Source: Sphaerodactylus townsendi
Taxonomy: Eukaryota
Reading direction: 5' to 3'
Length of the DNA: 64,000 nt
Assembly (NCBI RefSeq): GCF_021028975.2
Contig: NC_059428.1
Location: forward strand, 143,034,001-143,098,000
Shown: positions 39,788 through 52,542 of the stretch, piece by piece
Layout of the letters: every line of letters begins with the position of its first letter
Numbering within the stretch: the stretch's first letter is position 1
The notes under the pieces: generated by a model
Database searches by the model: none
Told to the model about the DNA's origin: nothing
Seen by the model: only the letters and a program-made list of their open reading frames with translations
Position numbers and translations under genes: made by a program

Positions 39788-41022
39788 TGTTGATCAGCTA
39801 TCAAGGTCCAGATCTGCAGACCAAATCTGGATCTTTGAATCAGAAGTCTTTCTTGACAGACATCAGTTGGCATAACTATAGGAAGCCAGTTCTAAGGAAC
39901 CGTCTCCGGGAACAACCTTTCATCCCTCCCTAGTTCCCCCCACTCCCTCTTTCTCACCCCATATCAAAAGCACAGTGAAATAGGACATGAATTCTATAGC
40001 CGTTACTTTCTCAAGGCCGGTGTGAAAGGTAAGTTGGGAGGCGGGCGAAGGTCCATTAGCATAACAGAGCCCCTTTGATGTCTGGAAGGCTCTTCCTGAC
40101 AAGACTACCACCTTTCCTAGTGATGACCAAGGAGGGGAGGAAGGTGGAGTATAAATCTAGTAGAAACATAAATCCGAATGGTGGAAATTTTCAGAAGACC
40201 TTAGTCATTCCTCTACAAACAATGGCCATCACAAGAACACAAACATAACAAGGACAACATGAAATTTCATGGCAGAATTGGAATTTTTCAGCTGCAACCC
40301 CCCCTCCCCTCGAAGAATACATTTCGAGAAGTTCTATGTTATGGAATTAGCTTCTCAATTCAGATTTATAGACAGTGTGTTCCTCCCCAATCCCTGGTTG
40401 TTTGGACCATCTCAGGACTCTTCCAGCAAACACCTTTGTTCATTTGTATGTACAGAAGGATGATAAGGCCCATGCAAAATGTCTGCCAGAAGGACCGTGT
40501 GGTGTGTTCACCTTGGGCCAATTGCAATGGACTCGAAAGTCTAGCATTTCCCCCTGCAAACAAGACTAATGTCACACACATAAAACTCCTTCCTGTTGGA
40601 GTCCGTGTTTATACAGCCTACCACTGAGCCAGCTTGCTGAATGCCGAGCGCCATGCTGAGAAAGAATGGCTGATTGCTACATTGGATGTTGCAAGGAAAT
40701 AAAAAGTGACAAGATGATGAAAGGGTTGCTGTGCTTGACCCATTAGAGGATCACCACCTTTCCCTGAAACCCCGCTGCACCTCCTTTCGTTTGCGCAGGG
40801 CTGAGCCATAACTGGAGCTCTGTTCTTTTACATTCTTAAAACAGCAGCTCCAAGTGTGATTCCCTCCCAAATAGAAATACTTCTGGAATGGAGGTGAGCC
40901 GAGATCTTTCTTTTTTGGAATGGGGGGAAGGTACTATTCCAACCCTGTGCTTCTAACTGCAGCCTTCAACAGTCTTTAACATCATGTGCTCTTCTATCTC
41001 GTGACCATTGGGGGACCAAGTC

Positions 41023-41315
41023 GAGGAGGAGGAGGAGGAGGAATACATTTGGATTTATATCCCCCCTTTCTCTCCTGTAAGGAGACTCAAGGCTCCTTTC
41101 CTTTCCTCTCCCTACAACAGACGTTTTATGATGTAGGTGGGGCTGAGAGAGTTCTGAAGAACTGTGACTAGCCCAAGGTCACCCAGCAGGAATGTAGGAG
41201 TGGGAAAACACATATGGTTCACCAGATAAGCCTCTGCCACAGGTGGAGGAGTGGGGAATCAAACCCGGTTCTCCAGATTAGAATCCACCTGCTCTTAACC
41301 ACCACACCACACTGG
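41023..41315 (-). mobile_element. Squam3-type SINE (subfamily B)
   Basis: Full-length copy. Confidence 0.86.
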
Positions 41316-42471
41316 AAAAACAAAGTGAGTCATTTAGATGCTCAACGGAGCAGGGAATGTTGATTCTGCTTTGCTCAGTCTTCACTAAATGTTGTGCCAA
41401 CTCAGGTTCAGTTTGAAACTTGCAAATTTTGTTTACAGCTCCTGGATACTAGGGTTGCGACTGCAGCTGTCATCTTTCCCCTCTATGGTTCACAAAGTTC
41501 ACTAGAAAAACTGCCAACAAAATTGAAACCTTGGGCGAGGGGGATAAATTGTGTTTAGATGATATAAAAAATAGTGCTAAAATGCTGCAGAAATAAGTGG
41601 GAAAAACAAGGTTTTCCTGACCTTGAGACAGCTGGCCAAGCACAGGTCAAAAAAAAACATTGCGCTGGGTGGGCCGTTGCCTCCAATCTGGCTGTCCACA
41701 AAAGCAATTAGCTCTGAAATGAATCCACAGGTGCCTGTTTACAGTGCCGAGGCCCTCAATGATATCAAAGGCCTGGCAAGTTATGAAAGAGCTTTCTTGC
41801 TAGCCACGGGTGGGCTTTTATATGCTGGCATTAGTCTGACTCTGTATGGCCGCCCCTGCACTTCCAATACTGTGGCAGGGCTGCCCAGAAGATCCTTCAC
41901 ACGGGCAGTGTGTGCGGCAACCTGCCCTGAACCCATTCTCTTGTTTCCACCACAGATGCCGGGGAAAACAGCGTGGGTTTTCGCTTAGCCGTTGTCCCTT
42001 CTCCGCCAGGCAGTTGACACAAAAGCAGCATTTCAAATGAGACAGAACGTTTTGAATGGGGCGGGGTGAGGGGGGGGGAGAGAAACAAAAACAGGGCTGG
42101 AGGCACCGATCATTTGATGTTTCCCATCCTTTATGTATTAAAAAAAGAAGCAGCTAGATTACAGCACCGCGTTCAGCTAGATGCCTCTGAAGTCTTTACT
42201 GGCTTCCTGTTATCTTAAGACCAAAATCCCAAGAAACCCGGAGAGAAGAGACGATTTGCAAATCCCGAACTGCCTTTTGTTCTCCCCGTATCGCTTCCCC
42301 GTTCCATAATATCCTTTTGTTAGCCTCTAATGGGACACAAATGGAAGGGCATCGCCTCGTACTGTGGGAGGTTCCATGTGGCCACAAGTAGAAACCAGCC
42401 CAGGACTCAGCAGTCTTTGGTGTCCCTTTGATGGACAGAAGTCACGACTGGCCAGGCCTTGGCTAAGCCAC

Positions 42472-42958
42472 AGTTGCCAGCTTTGGGCTGGGAAACTCCT
42501 AGTGGTTTAGAGGTGGAGCTTGGGAAGGAGATGACCTCAACAGAGTATAATGCTGTGGAGTCCACCCTCAGTTTGGTGAGGGAGCCGGCTTGTTTTCTGT
42601 GGCTCCAGAGACTAGGACCAGGAGTCATGGGTTCGAGGTGCAGAAAAGAGCTTCCTCCTAAACATCAGGAAAAACATCCTGACCGTCAGGGCTATTCGAC
42701 AGTGGAATGCACGACCTCGCAGTGTAGTGGAGTCTCCTTCTTTGGAGGTTTTTGAACAGAGGCTGGATGGCCATCTGTCATCTGTCAGAAGTGCTTTGAT
42801 TATGCAGGGCAGGGGGTTGGACTTGATGGGCCTCTTCCAACTCTATGATTCTATTATTCAAAGCAGCCATTTTCTCCCAGGGAACCAATCTCTGAACCTG
42901 GAGATCAGTTGTAATTCCAGAAGATCTCCAGGCGCCGCTAGGTGATTGACAGCCCTAA
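42472..42958. mobile_element. Old hAT (Blackjack-like) element with a CR1 3' fragment (~42578-42857) nested inside
   Basis: gttgccag...gacagcccta ends; gagtccaccctc|aaagcagccatttt junction split by CR1 sequence ending in ctatgattct. Confidence 0.6.
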
Positions 42959-43498
42959 CCATGGCTCAGTGGTAAACTACCCTGCTGGCATCTCTAGTTA
43001 AAAGAGCTAAGTCCCTGGAGAGCTGCTGCCAGCCTGAACAGACAAGACTGGCTTGGATGGGCCAATAGTGTGATTCAGTAGAAGACAGCTTAATGTGTGT
43101 TCAAAGCAACAGGAGCCTCAGATCTCTGCCAGCAGGAACTCCATTTGTGAACAGTGCCACACATGAGGCTCTAGGCTGAGGGGAGGCTAAAATGTCTGTT
43201 CAGCTCTCATGGCTATTGATGCTAGCCCAGATCCATGAATCTGTCCAACTCTTTAAAAATGCATACGTATGTCAGATGTCATCAACACACCTTGCAGCAG
43301 TGAGTTCCGTAAGAACCCTGCGCTGCTTAAGATGCAATGTGAGGTGAGCAGAAGGCACATCAGCCAGGGCACGAGGTGCCATGGCCAAATCTGGCAAGCA
43401 AATCCACAGAAAAAACACATCTTCCCTTGCACACCGATGCCCCCGCTCAGTAGGTGCCCTCACTCAGAAGTGGCCCATTCCTAGTCCAAGCTTCCATA

Positions 43499-43813
43499 AA
43501 GAAAGAGAAGAAGAGTGAGAGAAGAGTTTTGGATTTATACCCCACCTTTCTCTCCTGTCAGGAGACTCAAGGTGGCCTACAAGCTCCTTTCCTTTCCTCT
43601 TCCCACAACAGACACCTTGTGAGATAGGTGAGGCTGAGAGAGGTCACAAAGAAATGTGACTAGCCCAAGGGTCACCCAGCAGGAATGCAGGAATGTGGAA
43701 ACACATCTGGTTCACCAGATAAGCCTCTGCCACTCAGGTGGAGGAGTGGGGAATCAAACCTGGTTCTCCAGATTAGAATCCACCTGCTCTTAACCATGAC
43801 ACCACACTGGCTT
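43499..43813 (-). mobile_element. Squam3-type SINE (subfamily B)
   Basis: Full-length copy. Confidence 0.86.
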
Positions 43814-44692
43814 TCTGGAGAAAGATGTGGCCGGCAGATCTTCTGGGCAGCCCTTGTTCCAGTGGAAGATATGAAAAAACCCACTGCACATTGCAATCAA
43901 CCACACCCAACCTCTGCTGCATCTAAGAGAAAACACACAACTTTGGTTAGATTGGCCCCTTCCCACCCAGCAGATCCCAAGATGCCATAAAGCCTAGGAA
44001 ACGACTGCGCAGAGAAATGGGAGGGAACAAAACGTGCTCCACAGAAGTTTCAGTGTCAAAGACTTTAAAACAATCTTCCTTTTTTAAAAAATAATAATCC
44101 CAAAGTCTTTTACAATATAACAGCCCTGCTGCTAGTTCCGTCTTTGCCAATTCCAATCACCTGGCGAAAGCTAAAAGGCAGAACTGAAAGGTCACACACA
44201 GACGACCCCGCAGGAAGCTGGGAGCCTCTGGGAAGGAGCTGGCGGCAGGAAAGTCACAGGTAAATGAAGGTTTCCAGCTCAGGGGGACGCTGGGTTCAGG
44301 ATCATAAAACAGACCATGAGAGCCTGGTTTTGTTATCTCACGTTCAAGTGGGCAAAATCTGGATCTTGGCACGGGCATCGGATGCCAAGCTTTGGCTGTG
44401 TTACAGCAGTAAATGTCATGGGTGCCCAGAAGATGTGAGCAGCAAGCAAGAATTACTATGTTAAACAAAGTTATGTTTTCCATCTACAGGAACCGGGCTG
44501 GTCAAAAAGGCACCTCCAGACATCTAGTGCCAATTTTATCCCTCCTGTGACCATGGTCTTCCCTTTCCAATTTTATCCTCACAACAATAGGGTGTTTGGC
44601 CGGCTCTGTCGTACCAAACACAGTGGGAGTTTGAAGATGGGTTTTCCAGGCACCGTTCCAAGCTGTAAACCACTTCCCCCTACTGGCTCTCA

Positions 44693-44843
44693 GGCCCCTT
44701 CCGCAGATGCAGAATAATGCACTTTCAATCCGCTTTCAATGCATTTTGCAGCTGGATTTTACTGTGTGGAATTCCAAAATCCACTTTCAAACAATTGTGA
44801 AAGTGGATTGAAAGTGCATTATTCTGCATCTGCGGAAGGGGCC
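44693..44843. mobile_element. Harbinger-type MITE
   Basis: Near-perfect arms; TSD TCA. Confidence 0.88.
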
Positions 44844-45326
44844 TCAGAGATACAGAACATGCGCTTACGGCCACCTCAAATGGTCTCCTGCCTTTGTGGA
44901 TAGGTTGTTCTCATATCACAACCAGGTCATATTTATTTGTTCTGTCATGCTGGAGGCTGCGACACAGCTCTCAAAATTGGGAGGAGGAAAATGCAATCTT
45001 ACGCAGGTATGTTGTGAATCCAGACCCATGAAGTTGAAGAGGGTTTACTCCCACAGATGCTTTGGATGGTAACCCAGAATATAGTATATTTACTTAAACA
45101 CAAGGGTAGGTTTATGTCCAAGTATGTCATCAAAAAAGGAATGAGTACAAGTTGCAGTTATATCCATCAATACACCTTTGTGGATAACATTTTTGGGGCA
45201 GAGTTGTCCTACATTCAGGGTTGTCTTCCTTGCAAGTAAATATAGTAGGGATGTATTTGCCTTTTACCTTTCTCAGGGAGGTGTAACAATTAGGGGTACC
45301 AGACCAAGATGTGGGAGACCTCTCAC

Positions 45327-45502
45327 CAGAGGCGCAGCTCCAAGAGGATGGGGGCGTTTGACGCACCAGGTGTGCGCCCCTGTGGAGATGTGGCGAGGGC
45401 ATTCTGGGGGTGGGTGGGGGCATTCCAGGGGCGTTCTGGGGTGGGGCAGGGGCGGAGGGCGCACCAGTGCACCGGGTGCTTTTCCTCCTTGCTACGCCTC
45501 TG
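45327..45502. mobile_element. GC-rich non-autonomous hAT element
   Basis: TIR CAGAGGCG(C/T)AGC; perfect 8-bp TSD cctctcac. Confidence 0.85.
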
Positions 45503-46537
45503 CCTCTCACAGTCTAGGGTTGAAGAAAAATAACCTCACCGGATTGGAGAAAAAAAGGAGATCAGATCTGACGACGTGATAGCTAAGGATGGGATAAAAT
45601 GCGGTAGATCGGGTAGGAAAGGAAGGGATAAAACTTATTAGAGAGCAAAAAAACACAGAGAGAAAGAATGGCCCATTTTCAAGCAGAAGTCAGCCATGTC
45701 TGTAACCGACGAACAGCTGTGGATGATTTATAGTATAATTCAATGTGAGAATAATATAAGGGAAAAATAAATAAGGAAAGAACAAGGGAGGGGGTATGTG
45801 CCTAGGAGCCGGATGCAAAATGCCTCCTAACCTGATAAAACCAGTATGAGTTCGCTAATATATGGCACTTTCTCCATGTTATCATCAAAATCCCATACTT
45901 TGTAATACAAAACAGTGCTTGACAATATGATTCATAAATCCTTAACGTGATATACCGGCCCGCTGAGGTTTCATTATTTGGATTTCTAGTTTGACCGATT
46001 GCATAAAAACACAATCAACCCCCACAAAATCCATTACGAGCCACATTATTTTCAGACATGCTACTGGAGGTGCGTATATATGTGCGCGTGTGATTTTTTC
46101 CCCCCTCACTCCCTTTTATTCTCCCCTCCAGCTGTTCTGTCAACACAATATTTCTCTAATTCTGTTGGGTTTTTTTAAAAAAACAAAGTTTATTGGAAGT
46201 TCTAGATATGATAGCCAACACATACGCACACGATATCAGCAGTTTGGACGCCACTCCCCATGGTTTCAATTTCTTTGTATTAAAAACTAGGAGCAGGATG
46301 CAATGGAAAATGTCCTAATCCAGTTCACCTTAGTTCTCTCGCTCCCTGGATTGAAATGTTTAAATGTTTCCTTTCTTGTTAACTCACACAGTCGTTCAAA
46401 AACCGATGACCGGAACAAAATGGTCTTGCTAGGGCAGCTAAAGCCCAACCAAGCCCATTTTTCTGCTTCCAGTAAGAATCAGCCATCAGAAGTCAGATGT
46501 AGTGGTTAGAGTATCAGACCAGAACACCACACCCAGC

Positions 46538-46916
46538 CAGAGACATACCGGGGGAAAATGGTGCCCAGAGACATCCATCTCCATGCGCCTCCCCTATGCA
46601 ATGCCTGGGCCGGGACCCACCCCAGGCCCCACCCCTGAGCCTCGTCCCCTCCTGGCTCCTCTGCTCTGGGGAGGACAGAAGCAACTGGAAGGCTCTGTAC
46701 TGGGGCCTTTGCCTGTATAAGCTCGGGAGTGGTGCCACATGACAACATGGAAGGGGCCAAGGGTGCCAGAAGATGACAAGGCAGCAGGACTTCCTGCTGC
46801 CTTATCATCTTCCTGGTCATGTGAGGGGGGGGGGGTGATTTTGCGCCTCCCACGTGACCAGATCAATGGCGCCCAGGACACAGGGTAGCCCCTATCCCTA
46901 GGGAAATATGCCACTG
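46538..46916. mobile_element. Non-autonomous hAT element
   Basis: CAGAGACATA...TATGCCACTG ends; perfect 8-bp TSD cacccagc. Confidence 0.8.
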
Positions 46917-47008
46917 CACCCAGCAACACCTTTTTTTTAAGAAAGTGAACAGAGCCAGGTGGGGCTTCTGATCAGCCACTAGAAACTAGTTAGCTGTCAT
47001 GGCTGCTA

Positions 47009-47239
47009 CCGTGTTTCCTCGAAAATAAGGCAGTGTCTTATATTAATTTTTGCTCCCCAAGATGCGCTATGTCTTATTCTCAGGGGCTGTCTTATTTTTC
47101 TGTGTTCTGTTAGTCGGGCATGCTTCCAAACAAAAACTTTGCTACGTCTTACTTTCTGGGGATGCCTTATATTTCACACTTCAGCAAAACCTCTACTACG
47201 TCTTATTTTCAGGGGATGTCTTATGTTTGGGGAAACAGG
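47009..47239. mobile_element. Tc1/mariner (Tc2-like) non-autonomous element
   Basis: TA|CCGTGTTTCCTCGAAAATAAG...CTTATGTTTGGGGAAACAGG with repeated gtcttatt motifs. Confidence 0.7.
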
Positions 47240-47389
47240 ATAGTTATGAGCCTCCTGGATTCTTTTTCAAAAGCCATCTAAGCCAGTGGCCATTCCTTTA
47301 TCTTACGGCAGAAAGTTTCGTCAATCACTCATGCTCCATAAAATGCAACTTGAATGGAAGAACAACTAGAAAAGGAGAATAAACCTATT

Positions 47390-47688
47390 GAGAGCCAGCA
47401 TGGTATACTGGTTGAGAGAAGGTACATTCTTATCTGGAGAACCGGGTTTGATTCCCCCTCTGTGACTTGAGCTGTGGAGGCTTATCTGGGAAACCAGATT
47501 AGCTTGTGCACTCCAACATATGCCAGCTTGGTGACCTTGGGCTCTAGACACAGTCCTTCGAAGCTCTCTCAGCCCCACCAACCTCACAGGGTGTTTGTTA
47601 TGCAGGGGAGGGAAAGGAGATTGTAAGCCTCTTTGAGTCTCCTTACAGGAGAGAAAGGGGGGATATAAATCCAAGCTCTTCTTCTTCT
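47390..47688 (+). mobile_element. Squam3-type SINE (subfamily A), antisense to RBFOX1
   Basis: Head, CORE-like middle and (CTT)n tail on +. Confidence 0.86.
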
Positions 47689-48590
47689 ATTTCACTCTTG
47701 AGCATTGCCCCACCTATTGGGGGATTTTTTGCAGTATGAATTCTGTTCAGAGTTCCAACAGGGTAACATATAAGGGTGAGAATCCAGTGCCCAAATCTGG
47801 CATGGTTTTGGAATTCACCGCCTGAGGAACAAAAACACCTTTACGATCTCTCAGGTTAGCTACTTTGCTTTACAACCTTCCACACTTCATTAACCTTTAG
47901 TTCTGCCGGCATTTATGATCTCATAAGAGGAGATTGATCAAATGGGAAGCCCAGGATTTAAGAACTGTATTTGGGCCATCAATGTTGAGCAACAATTATA
48001 ACCGCGACGCTTTCAATAACGGCCACTCTTGGAATAACTTTGACATATTAGGTTGTCTTTTAAATACAAAGATGGATCACTGAGAGGCAAGGCTGAACTG
48101 TCAAACGCCGCTGCTAAGGTTTGTATTCCCAAGTTGCAGAACACCATTCTGGGGTAGCGACAATTTGGGCCTTCAGCAGGATAGCAAATTATTATGATTA
48201 CGTGTCCCTTCATGGCAGGGGGTTGGACTTGATGGCCCTTGTGGTCTCTTCCAAATCTATGATTCTAAATGGTGCAACTCTGTGCTCTTATTATGACATC
48301 TGACTGATTACAGAACCCTGTAAAACTTCAAGTTGGATCACACACTTTCCTTTCTTTAAATAAGTTAACTTCCAATTAGCACAACGCTTAATTTTTATTC
48401 AATTTGGTCTTGTATATTTGGGCCTAAATTCTTCTTCCAGAGCATAGTAAAAACCAACCTTGACAATGAAATTAAATAGAGTAAAATTAGCAGGAGTGTC
48501 TTAGGAAATCCTGACCAAAGTTCCCAGACTTTTGGCGACTGTTTCAGAGTGACTGGCACCCTGAGGGCTACAATTTCAAAAAGTCTAGTG

Positions 48591-48700
48591 CAGGGGTCTG
48601 CAACCTGCGGTTCTCCAGATGTTCTTGGACTACAAATTCCATCAGCTGATGGGATTTGTAGTCCATGAACATCTGGAGAGCCGCAGGTTGCAGACCCCTG
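48591..48700. mobile_element. Same hAT MITE family, centre deleted
   Basis: Identical TIRs to 56041-56189. Confidence 0.85.
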
Positions 48701-49535
48701 GAGTGAGATTTCTCAGGGTGGTCCCCTCTGCCATTTTTGTTTCAACAATGTCACAACTTTATTCAACACCTTAATGTTCAAACGGCCTATAAGGGGGGGG
48801 GGGCACTCTATGGCACGCTCTAGCAAGCATTTCCAATACATTACAAGGAGTTCCAAAGGATTTTCAAATGCATAAAAAATAAGATACTCAGAAATGCTCA
48901 GCTGCATTCCCAGCCACACAATTAGTCCAGAGATGTTGGCATTCCCAGCATACACCTCTATGATCCCAGGGGCCTTTTCTTTCTCTCCTTGTGCACAGAT
49001 TCCACATAAAATATTTAGATCATATTCAGAAGCAGCTGGAACTAAGGTGAATCCTCACTCAATGAAACAGGAGTTGACACCTTTAGAGGCACTTCCAAAC
49101 AACAACAAACAAAAACAACACAGCCGTCAAGAAAAGAGCTGCCAAATTTAATTACCTTGTCTCCCCTCTCCCCTCTCTGTTTTCTGGTAGGTGCATTGCT
49201 ATTTTAAGGTGATCAAAGTAAAAATAAAGATAAAAGGCTATTGATTACAGTGCAGCTGAACCCGCCCAACCACACCGCACAAAAGAGTGCAATTACACAA
49301 ACAATCCATGGTTGTCTTTCAAGAAGTCAACTTTGTTGGGGAAGAGTCTGTCTCAGAACCAGCCATTTCACAGCGGGACAAGAGGTCATTCAAGGTTAAC
49401 GCAGGTAAGGAGGCCAAGACTTAATTTTCATACTGCGGATGAAGGGATGCAGCTAAGCTAGGATTTCCCACATTTCCTGGAGCAGCGTGGGAGACTGAGG
49501 GCTTGGTAGGTAGGCTATGGTTGTTAACAATTATG

Positions 49536-49564
49536 GAGGAGGAGGAGGAGGAGGAGGAGGAGGA
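49536..49564. repeat. (GAG)n microsatellite
   Basis: Seen directly. Confidence 0.9.
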
Positions 49565-49786
49565 AAAATTCTTTCTGGATTTTTGTGAGAACAAAAGGGA
49601 GAAGTGCATACTATATATGCAGGCCTGGGCTCTTTGGAGGGTTGTTGGGATAAAAATGGAAAGACAGGGAAAGAAAGGCGGAGTCAGACTATCGATTCTG
49701 CCTAATTCCAAGCTGCCTCTTTGATGAAATCAATGCACATTGCTAACCTGACCCATCGCAAGCATCTTAACTTCAAAAGTAACTAT

Positions 49787-49967
49787 CGTGCATATAAAGT
49801 GTCGTCAAGTTACAACTGACCTATGGGGACCTTACGCAGGGGCTTTCATGGCAAGTGAGAAGGGTCTGCCATCGCCTCCCTCTGCTGAATCTTTCTTGGA
49901 GGTCTCCCATCCCAGCTTAGCTTTCGAGATCTGATGAAATTGGGCTATACCATGCCACCTGTCGGGC
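49787..49967 (-). mobile_element. 5S rRNA-derived SINE with 13-bp TSD
   Basis: ggtctcccatcc...gcttagctttcgagatctgatgaaattgggc resembles antisense 5S; flanked by caaaagtaactat at 49774 and 49968. Confidence 0.72.
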
Positions 49968-50348
49968 CAAAAGTAACTATTACCATGGGGTGGGGGGTGA
50001 GGTGGGGGAGAGTTTCAAATTAGTTCCTTGGTTCTTCCTAAAANNNNNNNNNNNNNNNNNNNNNNNNNNNNNNNNNNNNNNNNNNNNNNNNNNNNNNNNN
50101 NNNNNNNNNNNNNNNNNNNNNNNNNNNNNNNNNNNNNNNNNNNNNNNNNNNNNNNNNNNNNNNNNNNNNNNNNNNNNNNNNNNNNNNNNNNNNNNNNNNN
50201 NNNNNNNNNNNNNNNNNNNNNNNNNNNNNNNNNNNNNNNNNNNNNNNNNNNNNNNNNNNNNNNNNNNNNNNNNNNNNNNNNNNNNNNNNNNNNNNNNNNN
50301 NNNNNNNNNNNNNNNNNNNNNNNNNNNNNNNNNNNNNNNNNNNNNNNN

Positions 50349-50412
50349 CCGACCTTTCTCTCCTGTAAGGAGACTCAAGGTGGCTTACAAACTCATTTCT
50401 CTTCCTCTCCCT
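50349..50412 (-). mobile_element. Squam3-type SINE 3' fragment next to a gap
   Basis: ctttctctcctgtaaggagactcaaggtggcttacaa matches the consensus. Confidence 0.7.
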
Positions 50413-52024
50413 CCAGTCTTCTCACTCAATATCTGCCAAGCCTGAGTAATTTTGTCCCAAAACATGGTTTAATTTTGATGTCACCATTTGGTTGGTATCA
50501 AGTGGAAAACATAATGATTTGCCAAGGGATGCTGGCTGTGGACTTCAGATACTTTGGATCATTCTGGTTTAGCTAAATCCACTTGGACTCTGAAAAGATG
50601 GTGGATGCAGAAGACAAGACATGGAGGTGACAAACCTTCCTTCATGTGAAGCCAACCTCTGATGCAACAGAGGGATGGAAGGGGCTTTGGAAACATGAAT
50701 TAGAACACCCTGATTTTACTGGTTTATTTCCCAGAACTGCTGTCTACACTGCATTTCACACCTCTTAGGTCGGGATTAACTAGGAGACGTTCAAAAAGCC
50801 ATTCTAGACTTGGAGAATGTTTCGATTGTCACTCTCAGTTCAATCATACACACGAGCTTCTCCGTGTTGGCCAAACACCACTCAAAATGAATCTAAATGC
50901 AACCCTATGAACCAATGCATCAATATTTATTTTTGCTTTGCAGTGTTTTATCCGTGTGAATGTGCACATCCATGAACTACAGAGAGGAAAGGAAGCAAAA
51001 CGACGGCACATTTGCAGTCCTCTGAGCCAGTGCACGCTTCTCCCAAACTGGTTTCCACTTGGGAGACAAGCCAAACTCAGAATGTGGGGAAAATATGAAT
51101 GAGAATTTTGGAGGCATCCTAATTTATACATTCAGATTAGATGTTGTGTTTCCTTTTCCCGCAAGAGAAGAATTATTTCCATGGTTCTGGTAGAAGAACC
51201 TAGCTATAGATATAGTTTTTAATAAATGTGCTCTGTGCACATATAAAAGGCTCAAAACTTTTAATGAGGACTAGCAACCACATGGGAAATTGTAAAGAAC
51301 TGGTATATAAAATCGCAGCAGTGGATAGACTCGGGGCAGCGACGGCAAATTCAATTTCAGAGAAGGTGCTTTTAAAAAGGAATTGAATGCGTCACTGTGC
51401 ATATAGGATTATTATATTTTACCGAGTGGTATCACAATTAAATATATTTGCTAGCATTACACTAGTTGCTCACGAGGGATTATTAAAGTGGCTCGTAAAA
51501 TATAAAAGTATGCTTCCCCTTTTGGCACCGCTTATGTGCCTATATTAAAATCATAGTATTAGAAACTCCTGCGGTGGATTAAAATCTCAAATACTCATCT
51601 TTTCTTTCTCCACTCTTTCCTTCTAAAAGCAATTGCTCCATAGCCACAATATGAGGTCTCCTCCAATTTATTACTGCAGAAGTTCACATGGGGTAATCAA
51701 TCTGGTAGGTGGATACAGAATGAAGCTTTTCATACTTTCTATGTGCGTGGGGTAGAAAATGTTGACAGAGAGACATTTTTCTCTGTTTCTCACAATACTA
51801 AAACCAGGGGGCATACATTGAAAATGCTTAGGACTAATACAAGGAAACATTTCTTCACGCAACATGTGACTGGTGTTTAGAATATGCTTTCAGAGGAGGT
51901 GGTAACGGCCACTAACCTGGATAGCTTTCAAAGGGGCTCGGACAGATTGATGGAGGAGAAGTCGATCTATGGCTACCAACCTTGACCCTCCTTGATCTGA
52001 GATTGCAAATGCCTTAGAAGATCG

Positions 52025-52028
<4 letters not shown>

Positions 52029-52073
<45 letters not shown>
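52029..52073. repeat. (CAG)15 microsatellite
   Basis: Direct count. Confidence 0.95.
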
Positions 52074-52076
<3 letters not shown>

Positions 52077-52159
52077 AAAGCCATTGCTTTCACCTCCTGC
52101 AGGTGAGCTCCCCAAGGCACCTGCTGGGCCACTGCGAGTAGCAGAGTGCTGGACTAGAC

Positions 52160-52345
52160 CAGTGGTTCTCAACCTTCCTAATGCCGTGACTCTTTAATAC
52201 AGTTCCTCATGTTGTGGTGACCCCCAACTCTAACATTTATGCATTTTACAGGTGGAGAACACTGATGAGGAGAGTCTTAGGTGACCCCTGTGAGAGGGTC
52301 GTTTGACCCCCAAAGGAGTCCCAACCCCCAGGTTGAGAACCACTG
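52160..52345. mobile_element. SPIN (Space Invaders)/URR1-type non-autonomous hAT element
   Basis: TIRs CAGTGGTTCTCAACCT; internal TAATACAGTTCCTCATGTTGTGGTGACCCCCAAC as in SPIN/URR1; TSD gactagac/gtctagac. Confidence 0.88.
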
Positions 52346-52542
52346 GTCTAGACGGCGTCTGGTCTGATCCAACAGGCTCGCTCTTATGTTCTTTTGTGGC
52401 AATAATATAGAATACACTTTCTGTATGATCAACACTTCAAGCTGAAGAATAACGGACACTTGGATTACAGTGGAGTAGATTAGAGGTTCTTGCTCCACTG
52501 CTTTGTGGCAAGTCCCTCTGTTTTTACTCCATGACCCCGTCC

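Larger units (their letters stand above)
51741..52393 (+). mobile_element. CR1 LINE 3' end with (CAG)15 and nested SPIN element
   Basis: GVENVDRETFFS...TRGHTLKM ORF2 end; cttatgttct terminus. Confidence 0.85.

Noticed and set aside
38694-39875. Long ORFs of 319-393 aa, and others containing X runs
   Set aside because: They are open only because they cross N gaps.
51890-52132. Poly-Cys ORF
   Set aside because: Translation of the CAG microsatellite inside a CR1 3'UTR.
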